Assembly (NCBI GenBank): GCA_015680685.1
Contig: MNCI01000542.1
Location: forward strand, 561,889-625,888
DNA from: Gnetum montanum
Lineage: Eukaryota; Plantae; Gnetophyta
Reading direction: 5' to 3'
DNA length: 64,000 nucleotides
Position 1 is the stretch's first letter, and every line of letters begins with the position of its first letter. The notes beneath the pieces are model-generated. The model had not been told where the DNA came from and did not search any database. It saw only the letters and a list, made by a program, of their open reading frames with translations. This document shows, one piece after another, positions 1-12,627 of this stretch. The position numbers were made by a program, and so were the translations under genes.

Positions 1-1099
1 CGCCTGATTGATTGTAGTTCCAATGATCAATACCAATTTTCTGCTTCCTTTATGAGTATCCTTGGAAATAATTTTAGCTTTTGCTAGTCATTTTCAATAT
101 TCTGTAGGACACATGCATCTTGGAAGGCTTGGAGATGACTTTGCAAATTAGCATCATATCTTCCCTTAAACCAAGGGGTATTGTTCATGTTCAGCCTTTT
201 TATTCTGCTGTTCTTCACATGCCTTGTTGGAATCCTCACAGCCTCTGCAATGTTCAACATCCCTTGAGTGGCAAGTAGAGGTTCATCAAGGCCATGATGA
301 TGGTGCCTACAATGTTCTCTACTAACCCCTCTTTCTTGATGATGGGCCTTGCTAGATTACCCACATCTTTGATCATGATTATCCCAATGGTTCCTTCTAT
401 TGTTCTGGTCCCGTTGGTTACCTCAATCATAATTATTCCTTTTGTGATTACAATTTGAGCTAGATGAAGAAGAAGAAGACAATGAAGGGGAAGAAGTAGG
501 AGAACTTGCTCCGCACTGATGCCTATCACCCTTCCTTTAATGATCGTGATCACAATTGTGATCATGATCTCCTTTTTCCCCCTTATCTTGACTTGCCTCT
601 CTAGATCCAATTTTGTCATTGGATCGATTTGACTAGAACCTAAATTATGAATTGTAGATTGTACATTCTGGTTAAGGATTCCTTGAACAAAGTCAAAGAG
701 AGGAGAATCACTAAAGAAGTGGTCACCTCCATTAAATGGACCAAGCAGAGGTGGAAAAGTGCTTAATCCCTTACCCTTCACAAGCTCATGTTGGTGCTCC
801 AACTGACGATTCCTTAATCTTTGCGCTTCAGTGGGATGATAATCCCTTGAATCGGGATCTCACATCTCATATTCTCCATGAAGATGTTGAAGCCCGTGTC
901 AAATGAGCATTAGCTGGAGCATTTCTAGAACAAATCGATCAAGCGGTAACATAATGTTGCCTTCCATGTCGCACCACCAAAACAGTTCATCTTGATGCAA
1001 GATGAAGGTGAAGTCAAGTACATACTCATCTACCACCCAGTATTGCTGAGGCACTTGGACTACCTTGGGGAGAGATGGGCTCCTATGAGAAGAAGACAT
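1..1099 (-). pseudogene. gag: Degenerate gag of Athila-like element E (runs off the window start)
   Basis: Lies downstream of the PBS/LTR at 1238-2128. Its fragments align by eye with the gag of element B (DFTFILHQDE, NIMLPLDR, LNMNNTP...YDANLQSHLQAFQDAC) and are broken by stops and frameshifts. Confidence 0.8.
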
Positions 1100-1237
1100 T
1101 TTATGTTAATGAACTTATGGGTAGTGTGTAGTTAAGGTTTAATTTAATAAATTTTTTTTCATAAGATTTCACTCTTAAAGTTCGAACAACGAGGTTACTA
1201 AGTTTCACTCAGTTTAGATAGCACATGTAGAACTACC

Positions 1238-1256
1238 GTCCCCGGTAACAATGCCA
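1238..1256 (-). promoter_or_regulatory. Primer binding site (tRNA-Asp type) of element E
   Basis: Minus strand reads TGGCATTGTTACCGGGGAC, a transition-decayed copy of the Athila PBS TGGCGCCGTTGCCGGGGA, 1 nt from the LTR end. Confidence 0.85.
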
Positions 1257-1257
1257 A

Positions 1258-2128
1258 TGATGAGCAATGAGGTACCCCTAAGCCCAACCATACGAATCAT
1301 AGGCATTCACGTGCGATTCGATCAAATTCCACAAACTATAATTACTAAGTATGCTAGAGCTAAATAGTGTGTATGTGTTATTTGTTCATTGTCTTCCCAG
1401 TCCCACTTGTGGAATGCAATTTTATGGTTAAGTGTGATTGAGGCAAAAGATTTTTATTATTTTATGTTTTATCAAATTACTCGCCTAGAACAAGCATAAA
1501 AGTAAGAGTGATTAAGTACTAAGTAAACTATGGTCTAATCTAGCCTAACATAAGTAACCATTCCCACTTCTTGGACACATCTTGAACTTTGTGTAAACAC
1601 TGCTAGGTTGTCAAACGCTAATCGTTTCTAAGCTACCAAGTGTCACATGTATGTTTGAAGGGGTCGTGCTTGTGTATTTTAATGAGTTTCTTGATTAATC
1701 AAAATTAATTACTACATCAATAACATTAATGTAAATTGCATGAAATCATAATATATAAATGCATAAGAAAGAAAGTCTCAAGTGCTGCAAGGAATGAATC
1801 AAAGAGTTCATCTTTATTGCCAACACAATGGTGTGTTCAGGTACATCAATGCTTAAATAAAGATTTGTTCACAATTAGACCTCCTACTGTAGGCACTTGG
1901 AAAATATTGTAACTCTCAAATGAACAAACTCCAAGAGTTTCACTAATTGATTGCCAAAAACTACTCTCAATCATGCACCTAAGAGCTATATTTATAGACC
2001 TAGGAGTAACCTTATGATATTAAATGTACGATATCGCATCTTGGGCCATGATATCTCGTACTTGATATCGTGTACTCGATATCATGGCCACCCCGATATC
2101 AGAGTGTATGAAAAAACATGATTTATCA
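1258..2128 (-). repeat. 5' LTR of Athila-like element E (871 bp)
   Basis: TG...CA termini, similarity to the B and D LTRs, a GATATCG motif cluster near 2028-2100, and an abrupt junction into a + strand gag at 2129. Confidence 0.8.
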
Positions 2129-3546
2129 AGCACCATGGTCGCGATCGCTGAAGAGGTAGTAGTAAGCTTCGTGATGGTGTTGGTTCTCCTTCCTCTTATC
2201 CTTCATCTTCTTCTTCTTCTTCTTCCTCTTCTAGCTCTAATCGTGATTGCAATAGGTGAGATTGTGATAGAGGTGATCAAAATGAGTGCAATGACTGACG
2301 AGACCACAATAATCAAGGGAACCTTTGGGATAGGCAAGATCAAGGATGAAGATATTTAAGAGAGGCACATTTCCATGAATGAAGGGGTAGTAGAAGGCAT
2401 TGTAGGCACCATGATCAAGGCCTCGATGAGCCTCTATTTGCTATCCAAAGTATGCATAACATTGCAGAGGTAGTCAGAATTCCAACAAGGCATGTAAAAG
2501 ATAGTTGGATCAAATGGTTAGACATGAACAATATTCCTCGATTTGAAGGAGGATATAACTTTGATCCACAGAATTATCTTCAAGCTTTCCAAGATACATG
2601 TGCCTTACAAAACATAGAGAACAAATGGCAGAAATTGAAGTTGTTCCCAAGGATACTCATCAAAGAAGTAGAGAACTGGTATTAGTCTTTAGAGTCAAAA
2701 TTTATCAAACAATGGAGCACCATTCTTGAGTTGTTCAATTATCAGTATCAAATGTACTCCAGGGTGTCCAACTTAAGGAAGAAAATCCATGGGTGGAAGT
2801 AAGGAACACATGAACCTTTAGATATTGTGTTGGGTTGATATTATGCCCTGATGCACAATTGTCTTGGCCATGGTTATTCTTAATTAGTTCAACTTCGCCA
2901 CATTGTAAACGGGCTTCATAATGAAACGAGGAAAACTTGTATGCCCAAGGGAAATTGTCAGAACTAACTACTTATTAGATACAAAGATTAATAGAGTAGG
3001 TAGCCAAAGAGGGAGGCAAGCTACAAAAAAGAGAAAGTGTAGAGAAGTACAACCACGATCCTTCCATTCGCAAGCGGGAGGTTCGATTCTGCAACAGTGA
3101 GGATGAATCCATATTTGATGGGGGGTGCATAAGAAAGCCTTGCCACTTCAACCATTCCAATCTAAATTTATGATGAAGGTTGATTAGTTAAGGGACATCA
3201 TGGATAGCAGAATTCAAGCTATCCTCAAAATCGCTAAAGAGTCCAAAGAACAAGGTAGTGACCATGAGTGTAGGAGACGCAAGGACGCTGAACGTGCATA
3301 TTACAAAGGTAAGGGCAAACTTGCTACAATAGAAAAGGTTGTAGATAGTGAATCAAATGATGATCGTGGATGTGATGTTTTCCAGTATGAACATACTAAG
3401 GGATGTTGCCTCGTTGTGTCACATCTTTAGGAGTTTGGGGTGTATGTCTTACATCCATGACTTACACAAAGGTAAACATCTAGAAGGTTGCCTCATCCTT
3501 AAGGTAATCTCAGGTAGTTCTACCAGCAACAACTGTATTATCCAAG
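2129..3546 (+). pseudogene. gag: Degenerate gag of Athila-like element F (interrupted by E, cut by the assembly gap)
   Basis: ORF 2452-2685 reads IPRFEGGYNFDPQNYLQAF...KLKLFPRILIKEVENWY (Retrotrans_gag-like) and is collinear with the gag of B and D. Confidence 0.85.
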
Positions 3547-3640
3547 NNNNNNNNNNNNNNNNNNNNNNNNNNNNNNNNNNNNNNNNNNNNNNNNNNNNNN
3601 NNNNNNNNNNNNNNNNNNNNNNNNNNNNNNNNNNNNNNNN
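3547..3640. other. Assembly gap (94 N)
   Basis: Run of N; the sequences on either side are unrelated. Confidence 0.99.
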
Positions 3641-5030
3641 GGGAAGTAGGACAAGGGGCACGAGGGGCACAGGGGGAGGAGAAGAGATAAAGTTATATGA
3701 TATGTAGTGGTAATGTTGCAAAGGCAAAAAGTCAAAGTCCAAGCATGCATTCTATTTGGTAGTTTACACTTTCAAGCAATGAAAGTAGGAGGGGCAACAT
3801 TGCATTAATAAGCTAAGTCATGTAAGCCGATTTATTTACAATAAACAACATTAGATTAAAAAAGTAAAATGTTATGATAAGGATTATCATAATTTGAGAT
3901 CTAACACAACCTAACATGAAACTGAGCTAAGAAATCTCATGGCTATCCAACGATCTTGAAAAACTATTAGATATGTTCTAGGATATGTACCAAGGATTAA
4001 AGGCATCTAATGAGGAGTAGTTATTGTGTTCCTTTCCTAATGCATTCACTTGATGCAAATCTAACAAGAACTGTAGATTTAATAGTTGACAAAGTAAAGG
4101 AATGGATTAGATTGATGTGTTAACATGATTCTGAGCAATTTTCCATGTGTTAAGAGGACAACACGAATGAGATGCAATGTGTTAGTAGGGAAAGAGGAGA
4201 GAAATTAGAGCATCTGATCTATATATATATAGCGATAGATAGATAGATAGATAGAGATAGAACAACTATTATATGGAGAGGAAAAGTCTTTGAAAAGAAT
4301 TTTTCAAATGACCGATCACAAGGAATGATAACTATGCTTAGGAGCAAAGATAATTGGAAATGCTAAGCATATGTCCAAAAAGCCAAATGAAGGAAATGCT
4401 AACCAACTCCTTTATGTTTAGGGGCATCCTCCTATTTATAGGCCAAAAATGCCTCATAAACCATGTAGAAACAATGCATTGGGACCCACAGAATCTTTCA
4501 AAAGGTTCTAAAACCTTCTAAATAGAAGAATTAATGTGTAGGTGTGAAGATTGACATTGGATGTCAAATGCATATTAATGCTAGATGTCAAAGAGTTGCC
4601 ATGCTGCAAAAGTGGGATTTGACAATAGATGTCAAAAATGAAATTGATCTTGGACATCAAAATCTAAAGAGAGAATCAACATTAGAGCTGATGCTGAATG
4701 TCAAAACTGGAAATCAGAAATGAAAAGCCAAAGTAATGCTACCGATGACGCAAAATGTCATTTTTGGTAAGTTGAAGATAAAGATTTAGAAACTATGTTG
4801 TAGATGACATAGGATCTCAAATATGGACTATTGAAGATGGTCTTTAGCTAAGAAGTTATAGAATGTACCTAGGACTCTACTTGTGTAGAAAAAACCAAAG
4901 TGGATACAACATTGCCACCTTTTGATGAATGCTACTAAAAAGCTAAAGAAGAATTCATCTAGAAAAGACATAAGCTAGTATATATCTACAAGAGGATTAA
5001 ATGAAGTGGGATAGTAGGTGAGAAATTCTA

Positions 5031-5830
5031 GGGCATCGTCGATATACCTACGATGGAGTGTTATGTCAAAGAAGTGGAGCATGGATAGATCCTAGAAAGC
5101 ATAGATAGAATGCCAATAAAACACTTCCTAACCTACTCAGTTCTCTCAATCACACCCTTATTGGAGTAAAATAGAGATACTCATTTGGCCTCACCAATGT
5201 AGATCATGAAAAGAGAAAAGGATAGTGAAAGAAAAAGATATAGTGTAAAATGAAAAGAGAGAGTAATAAAAAATAGGAAGGAGCATGTTAAGAACATTGA
5301 CAATACATCAATGGAGGGGTGCTATGTCATAAGAGTGGGACATGGCTAGATCCCTAAAGCCAACCTCTCTCTTACATCACTCATATGCAAATTTCACACT
5401 CCTTACATTACTCTACACTTAATACTCCTCACTGCATTAGGGAAGAGACACTCATTTGACCTTACTAATGTTAAATGTAGAGAGGAATGAAAAAAAATAA
5501 GAAGATGGGGATGAGTAAGAAAAGAGAAATATAGTATAAGATCATAGAAGTAAAAGCATACAAAAGTAAAAAGTAAAAAAAGTAGGGGGGGGGGGGGGGN
5601 GAGAGAGAGAGAGAGAGAGAGAAGAGGATATCGCTCACATAGTTGTTGTGAGGATGGTGCTATACCACAAAAGTGGGGCATGGCTAAATCCTACATATTG
5701 CATGGATGAAAAGGATATCATATATACCATCGAAGTAATCCCTCCTTATTTCACTCAAAAATATGCTCAATCATACCCTTACATGAAGCAATGAGATATT
5801 TATTCACTCGAAAACCTCACTAGTTGTGTT
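5031..5830. repeat. Three diverged ~270-330 bp tandem units in the 3' region of G, with a G-run/(GA)n at 5585-5621
   Basis: GTGYTATRYCA..A.AGTGG..CATGG.TA.ATCC recurs at ~5058, ~5319 and ~5657, and GAGAYAYTYATT at ~5174, ~5444 and ~5794. Confidence 0.65.
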
Positions 5831-6049
5831 GAACATATAAAGTAACATGGGATAGATAACATAGAAATATAGCAAGAAAATAGCTAAAGAAATAGCAGAA
5901 TATGAGATAGAGAGGGGGGTTAATGTAAAATGATGTACGAAAAATAGCGTTTAGAGCAAATCTATTATCCTAACATAGTAAATAGCAAATTGCCTGGGGA
6001 GAACCTCGTTTTACCTCAAACAGCCAGCAAGTTCGATGTTGTAGTTTGG

Positions 6050-6930
6050 TTACATGTAGTAGCACTTGAGGAAGCTTTTATTAACAAGATCTAGAAACCA
6101 ATGTCCTTCTAGATTAGATAGAATGTAGGCACCATTTTGTAGCAAGTGAACCACAAAAAAATCCTATTACTTGAAAGAGAACTTTGTATCTTTGGAATTT
6201 AAAAAATAATAGAGGATTAGATCAGCATCATGAATTTCTTTAACTTGAACATGTTTGGAATGACAATGTTTCATATCTGCTTAATATTCATGTAAGTGGT
6301 GAAGAATAGCTTGCCAATGTCCTTTGAGAAAATTCAACTCAACGCATCACATGTTGTTGTTATCCTGATTTGAACACTAATTATGTAGAGCAACATGGAG
6401 AGATAGGATACGGAGCTTAACTAGTAAGATTGCCTCTAAACTATAGGCTAGAAAATATGAAGTGCAACCAATAGCTATATAGTAAGTGGTATGTTAGACC
6501 CAAAGGACATAGGATAGTTATATATGCTAGTTGCATTGGGTTTTATTAATCATAGTACAAAGAAAGCATATGAGAGTTTTACTAATGAACTCAACCTAAC
6601 CATTAGACTAAGGGTAGTAGTGTGATGAAAAGGATTGGGTGATGTGGTATCTTTACTTTTGAACTGGGATATGCTATCAATTACAATTTGGAGAGGTACA
6701 CCAAAGCAAGTTATGATGTGGTTAAGGTTGAAGTGACATATGAAGTGGGATTGGTGGAACTCAAATGAATAGCCTCTATCCATTTAGTGAAGTATTCCAC
6801 AGTAGGAAGAATAAATTAATGCCTAGTAGATGAAGAAGGGCTAATAGCATCAATAAGATCTAAACCATATTTTTGAAAGGGGCACGTGATTTAAGGCATG
6901 TTAAGCTCCTATGAGGAAATGTAGATAAGA
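6050..6930 (-). pseudogene. pol: Integrase remnant of Tat-type element G
   Basis: ITCPFQKYGLDLIDAISP...VEYFTKWIEAI, NHIITCFGVPLQIVID and the C-terminus NGAYILSNLEG...VNKSFLKCYYM* parallel the integrase of element A. Confidence 0.8.
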
Positions 6931-7147
6931 GAAGCAAAGAATCTAGGTAGGGAACCATGTTCACTTGGACTAGAATCAAGGGAATAGATTTGTCATTTGA
7001 AAGAGAAAATATTAAAAGCTAAACTAAGCAACATGTTAAAAGTCTTAAGGCGCACATTATTTCTAAGCTATAAAAGTGACGACAAAATGAAAGTTAGGCA
7101 TGAAATCTTTCATTTGCATCAAAAGTGTTAAATAATCAATGCACAAG

Positions 7148-8020
7148 TGATGAGTCATCATTGTGTTAGCCCCAATTTTGGATACCTGATACTGAGGCTC
7201 CAATATCGAATATGTGATATTAGGTCCCAAGAAACGATGTCAGATTTTCGATATTGTCTCTTCCATGCTAGCCTATAAATACAACACTTGGGTGCACAGT
7301 TGGGATATAGTTTTAATTCTTAGTTTTTGATAGTCTTTCTTAAATTTCTGAATTCAAGTTCTGTTACTCCTAGTACATGCCCGCAGTGTGATGTTTGTAA
7401 TTGTATGATACCATTATTCAAGTGTGATGTACTTGGACACGTTACATAACTGGAAATACAAATTGCAATTACTTCCATAATTATAGCATTTACTTAGATT
7501 TATTATTGCTTTAATTATTTACTATTTCCTTTAGTTAATGTTTTCATTTATTATTATATACTATTCCTGTCATCAAGTAGAATGAATACAACTTAATCAT
7601 AAGCGCTTAAGTGTAAGTACTTGGTAATCTAGTAGTTTATCGTTTAACACACCCAATGACGTATACTTGGCAATCCCAGTGGTAGTTATATGAAGTCCAA
7701 GACATGTACGGATGATTAGGGATGGATACTCATCACACGTAGGCTAGTTTAGATCCTATTTTCCATTATTCATTAGCTAAGTTAATTTATCTCTTTATTG
7801 TCATTAGGAGTAGCATAGAATTAGACAACATCATATGCCTCACTTTGGGCTAAACCATACGTGACAAAGCTACCACTAGTCCAAGTGGGAAGACAATGAA
7901 CTACGATCAAAGCATAAGGATTTAGATGCATAACTAGTTCCATCCACAGAATTTGACTGAATCGTGTGTAAACACTTGTGATTCGTATCGTTGGGTGTAG
8001 GGGTACCTGGATGCTCATCA
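7148..8020 (+). repeat. 5' LTR of D (873 bp)
   Basis: TGATGAGTCATC...GCTCATCA, a direct repeat of 15504-16384, with TATA-like CCTATAAATAC at ~7272. Confidence 0.92.
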
Positions 8021-8021
8021 T

Positions 8022-8040
8022 TAGCACTGTTGCTGAGGAT
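8022..8040 (+). promoter_or_regulatory. PBS (tRNA-Asp type, decayed) of D
   Basis: TAGCACTGTTGCTGAGGAT differs from TGGCGCCGTTGCCGGGGAT only by transitions. Confidence 0.75.
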
Positions 8041-8145
8041 GGTGCTAGTTATCTAGATTAGTTACATCATACATGATCGCTATAAACACATTAATGGTAT
8101 ATCTTTCAGAAAATATTAAATCATACACACCATAAACCAACAACA

Positions 8146-10600
8146 ATGTTTCTTTCACAAGGCAGTGATAATGTACTGTATATCGAAAACATTCATTGGA
8201 GAACTAACAAGATATACGATGTAGAAAATTAGAGTGATTAACCTTATGTAGAGGTTTCATATGTTCATGGCCACCTTGATGACACTCATAAACTACATTC
8301 ACCTAAGACAAATGATCCTAGAGGAGATGAAGTAAGTCCTGGACCAGGGGAGGCCCCAAGGCCTAGGAGCTCCTCGAAATCTAGAAATAATAAATCAAGT
8401 GACCCTAGGGAACACCATAAAAGCCATGGAAATCCTTCTAGTTCCTCATCTTCCTCTGCCCCTTCAATGTCTAGTTCTAATGAAGATGAATGTATGTATG
8501 GAGATAAAGTTCCATTAGAGGGTTGGAATAAAAATAGAAATTGAACACATGGGAGAAATCAAAGACATCAACATGAACATAAACGACATCATCACAATCA
8601 AATGAGTAGAAATAGAAACCTCTCACAACCTATCTAAGGACAATGAACCCTTGTTGGCCACCAAGGGCCTAATGTAGATCATAGAGGTAATTAAGATATC
8701 TTGTAGCCATCGCAAAGAGGGTCGCCTACCCAAGCTTGATATGAATAATATTCCTAAATTTGCAAGAGGCTACGATTTGGATCCACAACATCATTTACAA
8801 GTCTTCCATGATGCTTGTGTTTATTACAACTTTGAAAGTGGGTGGCAAAAGCTTAAGCTCTTTCCTAGGACACTAGTTGATAGAGTCGAAGTCTGGTATA
8901 GATCGTTGAAGCCAAATTTAATTCGACAGTGGACCACAATGTTGGAACTCTTCAACGAGAAATACTAGACTTATGTGAGGGTGTCCAACCTGAGGAAATA
9001 GATCCAAGGGTGGAGACAAGAATAACATGAACCCTTGGACATTGCCTTAGATAGATATTATTCCCTATTGAATAGATGCGTAGGCCATGGTTTCTTTGAG
9101 GAAAGGAAACTTTTTCACATCATAGATGGGCTTCATAATAAAATAAGGGAGACTCTTGGGATGTATGCCCTGGGTCAATTATACGAGCTACGAACCCATC
9201 AAATCCGAGAGCTAATCGAGTGTGTGGAAAAAAAAGGAGAGATATGCAAATGGGAGAACGTTAAGAAATATCAATGGGACCCAACTCTTCAATAGAAAGA
9301 GGTCCATATCTATGGTAAGGAGAAAGCAACCACTCTCGGTAAGGTGATTCTGCAACAAACCTTATTGATACAAAAGTCTATTGATGAACTCAAAGCAAAG
9401 TTTAATAGGATGTCAAAATGGACATATGAAAATGTTACAACTCTCATTGAGATGATTGAGGAGAGGATCATGCAAAACAAGCCAAGTGATCACAATAAAC
9501 AAAGGATATAGAACCAAGAAACAACTAGGAACACTTTTCGACAACCAAGAAAAATAGCTGAAGGAAGTGAGGCTATAGACTCAATCATAGACAAAGATAA
9601 TAGATGTGACATCTACATATATTACCATCTGAAGGATCATTTTCTGGTCTTGTTGCATCTACATGAGCATTGGGCAGGTGCATTAAATCCAAAGTTTGTA
9701 CAATAGCACATGCCTAGGAGATTTCCTTTCCCACATGATAATCATAGATAACCCCACAACCAACTACACTATCCTAAGGGAACCTATTACCAGCCTTAAG
9801 AATATCATCAACCATAGTGCCAACAACCACAATTGTGGGGAAAGCCACCACCAAATCAACCCTATTCTTCTTATCAGCTGAAACCACATGGGTATTATGT
9901 TCAGCACCCTATTTCTCCAACTAGTTCTATGTCCTCTACTTCAAATTGCCACTATCACTCTCCGGAGTATCATCAACCCATGACATCCCTTGAGGGATCA
10001 CTAGCTCATGACTCTTACCATCCATCCTATCCTTGAGATTCTCATACTCCACCTCATCACATGTCACCACCAAGGACACAAGAAGGTTCAACACCAAAAT
10101 ATCAACAAATGAATGCCACTTGTGTTGCAAATGTGCATAAACATGTTGACACCAATAGGTCTCAACCACCACTTCAAAAACGTCCCTTCTTTAGGAAAGG
10201 TTGTAAGCTGAAGCAAAATACTCATGGATCTACCACATCATTTGAACTAGCACAATGTCAATCTAGTGCAATGCCTTCCTTTTTACAATCAACGTCCTAT
10301 GATCCTACATAGGGGCCACCATCCATTGTTACTCCAACACCCACTAGAAGCAATGGATTTGATAATGTGGAGAGACAAATGAATCCATGCATACCATATC
10401 ATGATCAAGGGTTAATTGGGAGCCAGGAATCCACAACGTGAACACACCTCATTCCTTGACCTACCATACATTTAACAATCAAGTGTGTGATAAACAATTT
10501 GTCTACCTAACCATTGCAACACCAACAAACACCTAGTGGCTAGGGAATGAACAGTTACCAATGTTTTATACATGCATGAACCCTATCTATCCACTTATTA
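8146..10600 (+). pseudogene. gag: Degenerate gag of D
   Basis: ORFs 8741-8968 (MNNIPKFARGYDLDPQHHLQVF...KLKLFPRTL) and 9035-9295 are collinear with B gag and are followed by a Pro/Gln-rich tail. End approximate. Confidence 0.85.
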
Positions 10601-12627
10601 ATCCTTGTCATAGCCATTATTTGTGGGGGGAAACCTCCATTCTAATCTTTAGGATTCATAAGTGTTTTTCATCTTTTTGTTTTACAATTTTTTATCATTT
10701 TCTTATTTCTTGACATAATGTTTCTTATTTCTTTCAACTTTTTCTATTTTTTGTTTTCATTTCCTTTGTTATGTAATCTTGCTTGTGAATAAAATGATCA
10801 TTTAGCCCATTGAGATGAGGTTTTTTCTATGTTGTCAAGTCATAAGGGACTGATTATTTGGATAGTGAGACCACATCATTGATCCACTCATTCCATTAAT
10901 AAGAGGTTCTTACCCTAGTCATAATGATATTCTTTTCATCATCCAACCTAAAAATAAATTCATATTCATTGTATATGGGCAGAAGAGTGTAGAACTAAGG
11001 GGGAATGTAAAGGGTGTGACATCAAGGGGATTTGTGGATTCTCTTTGGCCACTTTTGTATGTTCTATCATGTTGATTTGGTTGTAATTATATTCTTGTAG
11101 ATCTAACAAAAAATGGAAGTAAGAGTACCATAAAAAGGCATTGCATAATTTCTATGGGTCCCATTAGAAAGCCATGTATCCATGCTTGAAGGTTGGTGGC
11201 TTCTTAGAACCCACATACATAAAAAAAAATAACAAAAGAAAACAAAAAAAAATTGTGTGCGCCATGAATAAGCTCCTCCCTTGGATAAAATGCCAAGTGA
11301 TGTTACTCCTTGCAACTATGATAGTTTTATTGTTGTCAACCAAAGTGATGAGATAATGCGATGTTATTGACTTGTGGTTTGGACTTAGTTTGAATCTTGG
11401 ACATCGAGGCTAACGATTACTTAACCATTAATAACACACAAGGATTCATTGTGCCTATGGTAAGAGACCTCATGTCCCAATCTTTGTAATCCTTTCTATA
11501 GTCCACCTCATCTTGTTGTTCATCTAATTCTAACTTGTGGTTTTGTGTAACATAACATTATTATCTCAAATTGGTGGTTTTAACATGTGTGTTTTGTTGC
11601 ATAGGTTTGCATTGTATTCAACCCCATTAATACATATGGACATTTTTAGATGTGGATACACAAGAGCATCATAGGTTGGAGCCTGCTTTGGGAAGAATCC
11701 ACTTGTGTAACTTTTGTGACTTGTACTTGTTTGACACAACCATATCATTCTTAACCTTCCAAGCACATAATTGTTATATTTTGTAGTTTCCCTTCTCATG
11801 TAATTGATCCATTCCATAACCTCAATTTAACGCCCTCTTTCTTGTCTCTTCTAAGGCTTTAAACAATGACGATTCCATCTTCTATCACTTTTGATGCCTT
11901 CATAAGATTTCCTACTTATCCCAGAACTATGGACCTAACTAGAAACCTTCCAACCAATCCTATAGCCTCATTTCTTATGCTTAGTACCCTCATTAGATGC
12001 ACATCCATGAACCCCGATATCGAGTAGGATGCGATGTCAGATACTTGATATTGGGTCACACAAAACCTATCTGTATGACCCTCGTAGTGCCCAAACTTCA
12101 TTCTCATCATTTGTAGTTAGGGGAGTTTTTTAAATTTTCTCTCGTGACTCAGAGCTCTACGTAGCCAACTACAACTTGCAATATTTTGCTCTTTATCACT
12201 CTGATTCTTGTATCGTTTGAACCTATTTGACCCCATAGTGTTCAAGTTAGTCGTAGAGGGTACTTGCGCAAGAAACTTATGCCAAATTTCTGAAATTTGC
12301 TATTGCCCAGAGGATATTATAAGGGTAAGAGTGTTAAAAACCTTAAGTGTTATAATGAACAATCAATCGCATTAATGCCAACAACCTTAATTTCTCCATC
12401 CAAGGGACCATAACTATCATAACAAGCCACACATAAGGAAAAAGGAACCAATTGTGTAAGGTCAGCTAAGCAAATAGACACTTTTTGGGCATTTTTTTGA
12501 AAAGTTTTCTAACTCTACAATCATACAAACTAAAGAACCTAACAAAACTAAGGTAATGAGTAAGGTATACACCTATTGATGATAAAGAACACAACCTTAG
12601 TAACACCCAATCTTTGCTTGATTGCAG

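Larger units (their letters stand above)
4000..6930 (-). mobile_element. Old Tat-type gypsy remnant G (3' LTR part, PPT, 3' repeats, integrase); left boundary approximate
   Basis: LTR-like end ...ATACAACA at 4911 followed by TTGCCACCTTTT (purine tract on the minus strand, like the PPT of A), plus an integrase remnant at 6050-6930. Confidence 0.55.

Noticed and set aside
7143-7147. Same 5-mer ACAAG flanking both D and A as evidence of target specificity
   Set aside because: The D target was probably ACGAG originally, the elements belong to different clades, and B uses GCCCA; most likely coincidence.
7148-7260. Hammerhead ribozyme (retrozyme) suggested by TGATGAG at LTR termini
   Set aside because: No CTGANGA/GAAA core with flanking stems could be assembled; TGATGAG is simply the LTR terminal inverted repeat.
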